Source: Desulfatiglandales bacterium
Lineage (GTDB): Bacteria > Desulfobacterota > DSM-4660 > Desulfatiglandales > Desulfatiglandaceae
Length of the DNA: 64,000 bases
Assembly: GCA_963662465.1 (NCBI GenBank)
Contig: OY759599.1
Coordinates: 4,960,001-5,024,000 of the forward strand
Reading direction: 5' to 3'
Made by a program: the position numbers and the translations under genes. The notes under the pieces were generated by a model that was not told the DNA's origin, did not search any database, and was given only the letters and a program-made list of their open reading frames with translations. How positions within the stretch are numbered: position 1 is the first letter of the stretch; every line of letters starts with the position of its first letter. This document shows positions 20,940 to 30,374 of the stretch, piece by piece.

Positions 20940-21267
20940 GGGGGGAGTTTCATGCTTGGAAACGAAATACATGGGAACAAAAGTGTAAACTCGAAAATGA
21001 TGAAATCCATTCACAGTGATCTCTGGGCCTTGAAAATATATGCTATAAGTTCAGGTAGTTATATTTACGCCCCCAAATTCGTTATAATCAGAAATTATTC
21101 AAGTTTTTTAATAGCTTAACTACCTAAAAAGCCATCAAGGCGTCGTTTTTGAGTAAATAGCAAAAAGGACAAAGATTTTTATTAAGCAGTTTTTTTGGCG
21201 CACAATAAACATAAAACTGTACAAATTAAACCCAGTACACAAAACAGCTTTGGAAAGATAGCAAAAA

Positions 21268-22806
21268 TCAGGAGTTTTCCGGATCAAAATCGAGCGGGCT
21301 TCTAATCTCTTTTGCCGGCATGCTTTTGATGACATGCGTATAGATCATCGTTGTCCGAACATCGCTATGCCCCAAGAGGTCTTGGATCGTTCGGATGTCG
21401 TAGTTGGCCTGCAACAGATGGGTCGCAAAACTGTGGCGAAAAGTATGCGCGGTAACGCGTTTATACAGTTTTGCCTTTCGTACGGCATCCCTGATGGCGC
21501 GTTGCACATGACTTTCATGGATATGATATCTTTTTTTTTCTCCCGTGTCCCTAACGGTGGTAAGGGAAAGGCCGGGGAAAACCCATTGCCAAGCCAATTC
21601 TTTGGCCGCATTTTTATATTTTTTATCCAACCGCCCCTTTAAGAAGGCGCCGGCGTACCCGACATTCAAATCCTTTTCATGCAAATCGGCGGCCACATCG
21701 AATTGCATACGGATTTCCGGTATGACCGTTTCCGGCAAAGGGACGGAGCGGTCTTTTTTTCCTTTACCGTCATGTACGGTCAGCATACAACCCTCGAGGT
21801 CGAAATCAGCAAGGCGAAGGTTGAGACATTCAAACAATCGTAATCCACAACCGTAGAGCAATTTCACGATGAGGTCATACGGATGGGAAAGATGCGTCAA
21901 AACCAGATCAATTTCCCGCCTCGACAACACCACCGGCCTATACGGTTTCTGCTTTGCTCTGACAACGTTCTTTATGTCGCCAGGTTCCCGTTTCATAACA
22001 TGACGGAAAAAAAACAACAAGGCATTGAATGCTTGATTCTGAGTTGAAGCGGAGACCTTTCTTTTCACAGCCAGAAATGTCAAAAAGGCTTTGTAATCTT
22101 CGTCGGTGACCGCTGCCAACGTTTTGGATTTGGTGAAGACCTGAAACTTGCGGAGCCACATTGAATAGCTCTTCAATGTCTTGGGAGAGTACTGCAGAAC
22201 CATGATTTCATCACGGAGGCCATCAAAGGCGAATTTCCAGCTTGTGCCGATTTCAACCGGTTGATCTGATGTTTGCCGTTTATTGCAAATAGTTTTGTCA
22301 AAAAACCCAGAAGGTTTTCGATCCGCCTCTTGACAGGTAGTTTTCGATATCTCCTCTGCGAATTTTTGGTCCCCGAAACCCTGACAACCCGTCCGGGAGG
22401 GCGGGACGTCCACAGGCCCGGCTTGAACGGCATTTGAACGTTTCGCGGCGGACGCGGCAAAAACAGTTGTATCGTTATCTGGAAAGATCTCGGCCTTTTT
22501 GACGGACGTATTCTTTCGAATTGTCACATATTCGGCAACCGAGGGCCTTTCTTTGACGGTTTCATAATACAAAGAAACGGCATCCGAGGCTTGTCTGATT
22601 TGATAATCTTTCTGTTTTTTCTGATGGCGTTTTTCGATAAAATGACTGAGGCTTTCATGTTTTGAGACCGGATGATAATATTTTTGGCAAAAATCCCAGT
22701 AAAATCGAAGCCATTTTTTGTAATATGCCTGAAATCGCTTTTAAACGGGTTTCCTATCCAGAAAATGCTGAAAACGCGCTATGATGTCTGGCGGAACTGG
22801 AATCAT
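21268..22806 (-). pseudogene. intI: Long-form integron integrase with an in-frame TAA at codon 22; a TTG-started 434-aa product remains possible
   Basis: LYGCGLR, GKGKKDR, integron-specific insertion KKYKNAAKELAWQWVFP, HTFRHSFATHLL, LGHSDVRTTMIYTH. The upstream frame reads MIPVPP...RKPV*KRFQAYYKKWLRFYWDFC in frame after a GGAGG RBS. Confidence 0.85.
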
Positions 22807-22950
22807 GATATGCCCTCCTATTGGATGTTCAATATTACAAATACGCACAATATACGGAACGCATACGCCATGCCATTTATCTTTGTCAATAATAATTTCA
22901 TGCCGGCTTTTAACCGGCAAATCATAATGAGCCTCAGAGAAAAAGCCGGA

Positions 22951-23172
22951 AATTAGCAATTCTCATTTTGGAATTACGATCTCCTCATCCTGCTTTACAC
23001 GCCCTATGTTGGAACCCGCTTCTGGACGATCTGCGTCCTAAATCATGAATATCCCCAATTTAAACAAGTGTTTTTCGAGTTTGCCGCAGGACGCGGAGCG
23101 TCCCAAAACTATTCCCACATTAGAACGTATGAACGAGAGCGAAAGCCACATCTCTAATGAGAATTGCTAATT
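22951..23172. mobile_element. MITE/REPIN-like element of about 220 bp
   Basis: Perfect 17-bp terminal IR AATTAGCAATTCTCATT; internal inverted GGACGC(A/G)GA(T/G)CGTCC hairpins at 23024-23038 and 23089-23103. Confidence 0.65.
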
Positions 23173-23264
23173 AAATATTTTACAGAGAATAAAAACATTG
23201 CCCTTGCATTTTTCCATCGAATAATTTACAGAATATAGATTCCAGGGGGAGATTGGTTCGATTT

Positions 23265-23326
23265 TGTCGGATAACATGCAGAAACGGATATTTGATGACA
23301 AAAAAAACCGTATAATCACTGGTTCG
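23265..23326 (+). other. Putative integron attI site (core GTT at 23322)
   Basis: Lies between divergent intI and the first cassette; CGTATAATCACTG-GTT. Confidence 0.55.
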
Positions 23327-23943
23327 TTGCGACACGAAGTCGCTTTAAATATATGTTTTCACAGAAGAATCGTGGAAACCCGGTGTTCCGCCACCGGCAT
23401 CCTAGGGAGGCATGCTGCCGTTGCGCTGATGACGGGGTGTGAAGCCCTCCCGACAATGTACCGAGGACCTTTGAAGTTGGAAAGTCGGGACAGAAAGCGT
23501 GAGTGGACTGTTCCTCTGGAAGCCTCATCCGGATTAGGGCTGGGATTGACTGATATGGTCAGTATATTCAAACACCTGCAGTATCGTAAACAGCAACAAG
23601 CCAAAGAGGCCGATAGGCTTGGACCAAACGGTGTGCGGCCAGGTCGGGAGTCTCGAACGTACGCCCGGCGCGGATGTTGTGCCGCCGGTATAGGGGGTGG
23701 ACCTAAGTCAGTTAACAGTATTTATTGCGGAACGTGGTAAGCTCGTAACATCGCCATAAAGTTTTGTGGCAAGCCAACCGTGAGGCAGGCCGTTGGTGTT
23801 GCGGGTGCAAGACGCCTTACCAAGCCAATGCCCTCCTGTAATGGGTGGAATACCGAGTTATCTCCGGCCCGAAAGGGAGCTGAATTTTGGCGGGTGCTCA
23901 TGCGTGAGATAATTTGAAGAACCTTCTGATGGGAGAATAGCAA

Positions 23944-24065
23944 ATGACGGTCTTCGTGACTGGTGCACTTCCACAACAAGCTCCAAACTGGCAACTCATT
24001 AATTGGGATGTCGTCAAGAGTAACGTGAAAAAGGCTTCAAATGCGTATTGCGCAGGCGGTTAACA
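23944..24065 (+). pseudogene. N-terminal remnant of the intron reverse transcriptase
   Basis: MTVFVTGALPQQAPNWQLINWDVVKSNVK, frameshift, then RLQMRIAQAV, joined almost directly to domain V. Confidence 0.75.
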
Positions 24066-24178
24066 ACCGCCGGACTCTTCTGATGAGAAAGGGTCTTACT
24101 GAGGGCTTGAGCCGTATGCTGGGAAACTCGCGTCTACGGTTCTGAGGGTAATAGCGGCATAATACACACCTCCGTACG

Positions 24179-26272
24179 TTATTGAAAATTAAAGACTTGT
24201 TGTTTTGAGTTTCTTGAAAGCGGGCTCTTTGGAAGCCCGGAATGAGCTGCCTTTTTTATCACTTCAGATTCAAGGTCCTTTTTTGAAATGATCCATGGAG
24301 CACCGGAACATACTCGCTTGGCGGGTAGAATCTCATGTTGTATAAGTCTCCAAACTTTGGTGCTGCCAATACCCAGCCTTTCGCTTGCTTCAGCTACCGT
24401 ATATTCTTCTCGTCGCTGCCTCTCTCCTTCATGATATACAGGGATATTATGCCTATTTCGAAATGAACGCAACCTTACCGGATTCCAGGTATATCCCTTT
24501 GTAGTCTTTGTACCCACACGGTTGAGAAAGGCCACGATGTGTTTATCAGGCATAATTCTAGCCAAATCGGATATTATCTTTTTTGTATCAACATCGGTTT
24601 TCAATGGGTAACTGGAAGACTTATTCTTCAATACCTCCAATTCCGTATGCTCACCCCCTTCCCAGTGAATGATTAATTTGATCTTTTGATCTTCCAAATA
24701 AACAACGATCTCTTTGATAACCGTCCGGATTATACGCTTCTTTAAATCCAAAGAGCAAAACGGATCATTCCATACACGAGGTAAATCTTTTGATAGATCT
24801 CTGATCTCAGTCTCCTCCTCAGGGGAAAGCGAAGGGGTGTTCGATCCCATGGCGTCAACCTCATTCTCCAATCTTGCTACCTTAACAAGAGCGTCATTCC
24901 AATCCTTCTCCAATGTAGATGCTACCAAACGATTATCAGGGTCTACTGCATTGTATTGACGTTTTGCCCGTAAAGCTTCATAACGCGCTTGTTCCAACTC
25001 CAGTTCCCGTTGCCGTTTCACTGAATCCGATTCATGGTTGATTTTCTTTATCGCCTCTAAAGAAGCTTCTAATCCTATCGGTGATAATACTTTCAAAAGA
25101 AAATCCGTAACAGCCCGGTCAACACGAAATCCACCAAATGATATACACGCCTTTCCTGTCTCGGTACCTCGTTTGCGGCTACACTCATAACGTTTATGAG
25201 TTCCATTACGGCCTTGGTATCGTACAATTAACTTTCTGCCGCAATGACCGCATCTTAACAAACCTCCAAGCAATGCCTTTCCTCCGCGAACAGATCCTCT
25301 CACCACCGGCCTTTTCTTATTTGTATTTTGAGTTAGTATCTCCATGTTATACTGGTACTCTTCCCATGTGATGTAACCTTCATGGTGATCCAATATTAAA
25401 ACGTCCCAATCCTTTTGTTCCTTACGAATACCCTTCCTCAGTCGCTTGCGCCCATTTTCAAAAGTTACCTCTGTTTTAGTCCGGCCATAGACGTAGGCGC
25501 CGGCGTAAATTGGGTTGTTCACTATATGCGACAAGGTATGAGCAGACGGTAGTTTCCACTCTATCCTACGTTCCCCTTTACCGCTGGAAACAACAGCAAT
25601 CTCAATCTGTTCATCTAAAAACCAATGATACACCCGACGAAGAGTACCATATTCCTTGAATTTCGTGAATACCAAATCAATGACTTCTTGAATTCGTTTG
25701 TCAGGATTCTTTTTCAGCTTATTATCCCTAGTCTTTATATAGGCTGCCGGTACAGTAAGATATAATTCTCCCCGCTTCGCTTTTTGTTGTATTGCCGCCT
25801 GAGAACGCTCCTTTAATAGGCTCAATTCCATTGCACTCATTTCTCCCTTTAAGCCCAGGAGCAAACGATCATTTGACACGTTTAGGTCATAAACAGCTCC
25901 TTGATCTACAAGAACCGTTTTTTTAAGTGCACAGATCTCAAGCAACGTATGCCACTCTCGACCGTTGCGGGCCAACCTCGATGATTCAATCGAGAAAATA
26001 CCCCCTATTCTTCCTTCACACACAGATGAAAGAAGATTCTGGAATCCTTTTCTGTCAACGCATCCCGATGCAGTTATTCCCAAATCACTATCTATCATCC
26101 ATATGTTTTTCTCGTTCCATCCTAATTCTTTTGCCCTTTCTACCAAGCCATATTGTAAAAGTTGGCTTTCACGATGCTGTAGAACTTGGCCCGGTGTTGA
26201 CTGACGGATATATATACATGCTTCCCGACTAATATGTTCAGCATTGATTTTATTGCTCATGCTCATTTCCAC
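24179..26272 (-). CDS. Large serine recombinase (resolvase, recombinase, Zn-ribbon and C-terminal HTH domains)
   Basis: YIRQS catalytic Ser, SRLARN, NPIYAGAY, LRCGHCG, VDPDNRLVA. Confidence 0.93.
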   Translation of the reverse strand: MEMSMSNKINAEHISREACIYIRQSTPGQVLQHRESQLLQYGLVERAKELGWNEKNIWMIDSDLGITASGCVDRKGFQNLLSSVCEGRIGGIFSIESSRLARNGREWHTLLEICALKKTVLVDQGAVYDLNVSNDRLLLGLKGEMSAMELSLLKERSQAAIQQKAKRGELYLTVPAAYIKTRDNKLKKNPDKRIQEVIDLVFTKFKEYGTLRRVYHWFLDEQIEIAVVSSGKGERRIEWKLPSAHTLSHIVNNPIYAGAYVYGRTKTEVTFENGRKRLRKGIRKEQKDWDVLILDHHEGYITWEEYQYNMEILTQNTNKKRPVVRGSVRGGKALLGGLLRCGHCGRKLIVRYQGRNGTHKRYECSRKRGTETGKACISFGGFRVDRAVTDFLLKVLSPIGLEASLEAIKKINHESDSVKRQRELELEQARYEALRAKRQYNAVDPDNRLVASTLEKDWNDALVKVARLENEVDAMGSNTPSLSPEEETEIRDLSKDLPRVWNDPFCSLDLKKRIIRTVIKEIVVYLEDQKIKLIIHWEGGEHTELEVLKNKSSSYPLKTDVDTKKIISDLARIMPDKHIVAFLNRVGTKTTKGYTWNPVRLRSFRNRHNIPVYHEGERQRREEYTVAEASERLGIGSTKVWRLIQHEILPAKRVCSGAPWIISKKDLESEVIKKAAHSGLPKSPLSRNSKQQVFNFQ

Positions 26273-26283
26273 CTTTCTTTTCT

Positions 26284-26841
26284 CGAAATGTCAACCGAAA
26301 ATTGACCTCTTGCGACAACCGAATTTTGACCCCCATATGAGTAATTGTAAGCTGCGACGAGGTCATAGAAGGCTCCGGTGGCTCCTGCCGAAATATCCAT
26401 TAAAAGAGCGACCATAACCGCACCTTAGTCAGCTTCCGACCAGATAATCATCTGGTAAGTCGAGAAAACCCTTTTTCGTCGCTAATTCGAGTTCAATCAA
26501 ATACCCTATCTCGCCTTTCATTTTGATCTGTGAAACCATCCACTTCCGTAACCGAATCGTGACGGGGATACGCCTCAGATGTTCAGGACTCCTTTTTCGA
26601 CCAGCGCCTTTTCGACTCCCACCTCTCATTTTCATCGCTCCTTTTCACCTTCAAATTCGTCCAATATTTTTGAATACCGTGTACGTTTTTCAGTTAAACA
26701 CCTATTTCTATCGGAAAATAAGCTATTTATGATTTATCGTTACGATTTTTCTGAGTCGGATTAAGCTGCTTGCTTCAACAACTCCAGTCTCTTGACTGCT
26801 TCCAATATCAGACCGCGATTTTACGTTAGTGAAACTACTTC
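26284..26841. mobile_element. 558-bp secondary insertion with an IS21-like end
   Basis: Flanked by TCTTTTCT direct repeats (26276-83, 26842-49); tandem CAACCGAA(A/T)(A/T)TTGACC repeats at the left end. Confidence 0.5.
26429..26635 (-). CDS. Small basic putative DNA-binding protein
   Basis: RGGSRKGAGRK motif followed by RHH-like VTIRL; RBS AAGGAG. Confidence 0.6.
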   Translation of the reverse strand: MKMRGGSRKGAGRKRSPEHLRRIPVTIRLRKWMVSQIKMKGEIGYLIELELATKKGFLDLPDDYLVGS

Positions 26842-26996
26842 TCTTTTCTATTTCTGTTACCCTCAGAATTTTGCCAGAAACCTGACAGAAGCTCTGCAAG
26901 GAAATCAATCAATCTATTTCGTGTTTCTATTGGAATTTCGATCGGTGATGGTAAATAATCCCAAAGCCGAAGTTGATGATATTTTTGTTTCGTCAT
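26835..26996 (-). CDS. Small hypothetical protein of the LSR element
   Basis: MTKQKYHQLRLWDYLP...; RBS GGAGG; lies between the DUF5372-like gene and the LSR. Confidence 0.5.
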   Translation of the reverse strand: MTKQKYHQLRLWDYLPSPIEIPIETRNRLIDFLAELLSGFWQNSEGNRNRKEK

Positions 26997-27304
26997 CTTT
27001 CCTCCTTGTTTTCGAATTGACTTCATCAGGAGGAAACGGTATTTTTCTATTCACTATTAAGCAATATAAATTCTTAAGCGCCCTGATTTCGATAGCGGGT
27101 TTTGAGCCGAGGGATATCTTTTCATACTTTGGATTGGTCATCCACGCAGGTATCAATTCATGGCGACCATCAGGTTTCTTTGTTACAAAACAAGTTTCTC
27201 CACGATGGTTTCTGGTACCTACCACATAAATTTCTTCACCGGTTCTTGGGTGAAAGGGGTAATATACCCGAGTTATAAACTGGTTTTGATGGGCATTATA
27301 TAGT
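26914..27304 (-). CDS. DUF5372-like protein of the LSR element (start uncertain, frame crosses the element end)
   Basis: YPFHPRTG...DGRHELIPAWMT motif. Confidence 0.65.
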
Positions 27305-27370
27305 GGTTCTGAGGGGGCTTGGGGATGGCAACATCCCCTGGCTACCCGGCTTTTCTCAATCAAAAACGGC

Positions 27371-27400
27371 TTGTCTCAAAGCCACCGTCTCAGGTATAAT
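27371..27400 (+). promoter_or_regulatory. Cassette-borne sigma70 promoter for the TA pair
   Basis: TTGTCT-18 bp-TATAAT. Confidence 0.6.
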
Positions 27401-27441
27401 GAGGGGGTGTTCTTTTACAAATAACTTTGGATGATTAATCG

Positions 27442-27732
27442 ATGAGTATTCAATTTGAATGGGACAAAAATAAAGCGAAAACGAATCTCAAGAAACACAA
27501 AGTTAGTTTTGATGAAGCAAGTACTGTTTTCAGTGACCCATTAGCTTTGATATTTGATGATGAAGAACACTCTACGTCAGAAGAGTTACGTGAAATCATC
27601 ATCGGAAATTCTGAGAAAAGACGACTGTTATTGACCAGTTTCACAGAACGACTAGAAGATATTGTGCGGATAATTAGCTCACGTTTAGCGACAAACCATG
27701 AACGAAAGGATTATGAAGAAAATGCCTACTAA
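27442..27732 (+). CDS. brnT: BrnT family toxin (integron cassette)
   Basis: FEWDKNKAKTNLKKHKVSFDEA...RIISSRLATNHER. Confidence 0.92.
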   Translation: MSIQFEWDKNKAKTNLKKHKVSFDEASTVFSDPLALIFDDEEHSTSEELREIIIGNSEKRRLLLTSFTERLEDIVRIISSRLATNHERKDYEENAY

Positions 27733-27985
27733 TTCAGCAATTGACGATTTAAAACCAGAATATAAGTTTGATTATAGTAAAGCACGTCCGAATCGTTTTG
27801 CTAAACGAGTCACTGAGGATAGTGTTATTGTGGTGCTTGACCCTGATGTAGCACAGGTTTTTACTTCTGCGGAGGCAGTCAATGCTGTTTTACGAGCGCT
27901 CATTCAAAACATGCCTAATGTTACTATTCCAGCACAAGTTACAGAGGTTCTCACGGCAAACAAACATCATGGTTCAATCCGCTAA
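27713..27985 (+). CDS. BrnA-like antitoxin
   Basis: LKPEYKFDYSKARPNRFA, VVLDPDVAQVF; overlaps the toxin; stop codon lies within attC R''. Confidence 0.8.
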   Translation: MKKMPTNSAIDDLKPEYKFDYSKARPNRFAKRVTEDSVIVVLDPDVAQVFTSAEAVNAVLRALIQNMPNVTIPAQVTEVLTANKHHGSIR

Positions 27986-28673
27986 CCAAGCGCTCCTCGC
28001 GCCGAGGTAAGCCCGAAACCTTGGGAACCCGCGTAAATCGGGATGAAATTGGTTATTGTTATCCAGTGGGTGATCGCGGAAAGCGAAAGTCCCACCCGAG
28101 CAGAGGTTAGCCACCAGCTCGGTAGTGAAGTCCACGTGCAAACCGGGTAACCGGCGTACGGAGCTGGACGGAACGAGAATCCAGGCTGCGTATTGAGCCC
28201 CGAAAAATGTATAGTTGTGGTCATTGGATAACCCTGTGAAATCAGGGGAACGCCGACGCTTTGGAGCAAGCGGAAGACAGCAGACCTTGATGCGCCATGG
28301 CGAGTGTTGAGGTTGCCACCGGGGTCTTAGACCAGGGCATGGATTCAAATGGATAGCTCGGGAACTCGGGAGAACCAAAAGTTTCCTTGTTTAGAGACCC
28401 GGAAGATGAGGGGCGCCGGGAGATTAAGAGCCCTGGCGTTTGCGGGCTGCTTTCACCTGCAAATGAGTCGCAAGAAACACAAAGAAAGAAAGCAGGCAGG
28501 GTATCAGGTGTGGACAGCGAAAAGCGAACGTGCCTGAGAGGGACTTTTGGTAGTCTTAGCGGAACATAGTACCGATGGCGCCGAGGATGGTGCTGGGAAG
28601 GTGGGGAAGTGGCGCCCAAGCGACCCACTGTAGGGAAGGTGAAGCAGGGTATAACGTTTTTCTGATAGGAACT

Positions 28674-30374
28674 ATGGAAGACACTCAGAGGTCACAACCC
28701 ATATCAATGGAAAATCAGGAAATTGCGGAGCAGGTTGCCCAGAAGTCCGAAGAACCGAGTACACATGGTCTCCCCGTACTGGTCAGTGAATCAAGTCTTG
28801 CCCGGGTAGCAATACGGGGGATGGCCGATTCGCAAACGGTGTTCTCATCACTTGCGCATTGGACCGACTTTGATTTATTGAAAAAGTCATTCAAGGCATT
28901 GAGTAAGAATGAGTCAACCGGAGTTGATAGGATAACGGCGAAGGACTATGCTGTCGATCTTAATGAAAACCTCTATAAACTGTACGAACGGCTGCAAAGA
29001 GGGCAGTACGTTGCATCTCCGGTCAAGCGCATATGGGTGGACAAGGAAGGCGGTAAAAAGAGACCGATAGGGATTCCGGCGTTGGAGGACAAGATTGTCC
29101 AGAAAGCGGTGGCGACTTTGCTGGGGCTGGCTTACGAACCCTTGTTTTATGAAGTTTCCCATGGATTTCGGGAAGGTCACAGTCAACACCTGGCGCTGAA
29201 AGAACTTCGTGAAAAGTGTGCCGGTTTGAACATAAACTGGATTTTGAGCGCGGATATTACGGGACTATTTGACAATATAGATCACTCATTATTACGAGAA
29301 ATACTGCGTAAAAGGGTGAATGATGGCGGCATCCTGCGGCTAATCGGCAAGTGGTTGAACGCCGGGGTCGTGGAGGGTGACGAAACCATATACCCTGAGA
29401 AAGGAACGCCTCAAGGCGGGTTATGCAAAGCTTTGCATAACCCGCCTTATGCCAAGTTGCCGATTATGCAAAGTAAACCGCTAAAGCTACCAGATTTCCA
29501 ACACCTTCACTGAGTTTACTTTGCATAATATCACGGGTATCTCAAACTTGAAATCCAATTAAACGATGCAGCATCCTTGGTTTATTTTGGATAAAATGAT
29601 CTGGTTTTTTTCCGACAAATGATTTTGTGAGCTTTTCGCTCAGTCATCATTAGCAAAGATTATGCTAAGTAAATCAAAAAGAAACCCTTGAATTCCAATG
29701 CGTTTTATGGCTTACTTTGCATAATTACTTTCTTTGCATAAGGCGGCGTCATTTCACCGGTGCTGAGTAATATATTTTTGCACGAGGTGCTGGACGGCTG
29801 GTTTGTCAAAGAAGTTGAACCGAGGCTGAAGGGGAAGTGTTTTTTGGTCCGCTTTGCGGATGATTTCATAATCGGGTTTCAATTGAAGTCTGATGCTGAA
29901 CGGTTGATGGCAGTTTTGCCCAAGCGTTTTGAGAAATACAAGCTAAGCCTTCACCCGGGAAAGACCAGATTGATAGCCTTTGGAAGGCCAATGGCCGGTG
30001 CAAAGCGTGAGACCTTTGATTTCTTAGGTTTTACCTACTACTGGGGCAGGTCCTTAAAGGGGCGGTGGGTGATTAAGAAGAAGACGGCTGGTAAGCGTTT
30101 AAGGCGTTTTCTGAGTATGACGTGGAGTTGGTGTAAGGAGAGCCGCCATGATCCCATGAAGGAGCAGCATGAGATTTTATGCAGCAAACTTCGGGGGTTC
30201 TATCAATATTTTGGTGTACGCTCGAACTACAAAGCACTTGAAGTGGCGTATGAATACGCGATGAAGGCCTGGCGTTACTGGCTAAGCCGGAGGAGTTCCG
30301 ACGGCCTGGTGTTGTTTGCAGACCTGCAAAGGAGCCACCCACTGCCAATTCCGAAAATAGTCCACGGATTCTGA
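28674..30374 (+). pseudogene. ltrA: Group II intron reverse transcriptase/maturase disrupted at PQGG
   Basis: RPIGIPALEDK, SHGFR, GTPQGG|VISPVLSN, RFADD, FDFLGF. Removing 29420-29746 restores a 457-aa ORF with no endonuclease domain. Confidence 0.92.
29420..29746. mobile_element. Gene-less 327-bp element with TTATGC/GCATAA arms (RIT-like miniature element)
   Basis: Symmetric TTATGC (29447, 29464, 29660) and GCATAA (29523, 29719, 29736) sites; 36-bp perfect palindrome 29413-29448; AAGGCGG at both junctions. Confidence 0.8.

Larger units (their letters stand above)
24149..27315 (-). mobile_element. Large serine recombinase element bounded by 11-bp direct repeat GGTTCTGAGGG
   Basis: Repeat at 24138-24148 and 27305-27315; imperfect inverted arms CATAATACACA / TGGGCATTATA; AT-richer than host genes. 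Confidence 0.85.
23327..27350 (+). mobile_element. Group II intron 1 (IIB/CL-like), RT ORF deleted, interrupted by an LSR element
   Basis: 5' end TTGCGACACG; domain V GAGCCGTATGC-GAAA-TACGGTTC at 24109-24142; domain VI ending CTACCCGGC at 27350; EBS1-like CGAAC (23654) complementary to exon GTTCG. Confidence 0.85.

Noticed and set aside
20560..21260. Possible ncRNA, tRNA or further attC downstream of intI
   Set aside because: Only a REP palindrome is supportable; no cloverleaf or attC box spacing was found.
23264..23994. ORFs of 158, 81 and 90 aa
   Set aside because: They fall inside the structured RNA of intron 1 and have no protein motifs.
27974..28628. Minus-strand ORFs of 134, 128 and 95 aa
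   Set aside because: Antisense to domains I-III of intron 2.
29420..29746. Possible CRISPR array, or retron/DGR accessory RNA next to an RT
   Set aside because: The repeats are short and inverted with no spacer periodicity. The RT is an intron maturase with DV/DVI, and no TR/VR pair was seen.
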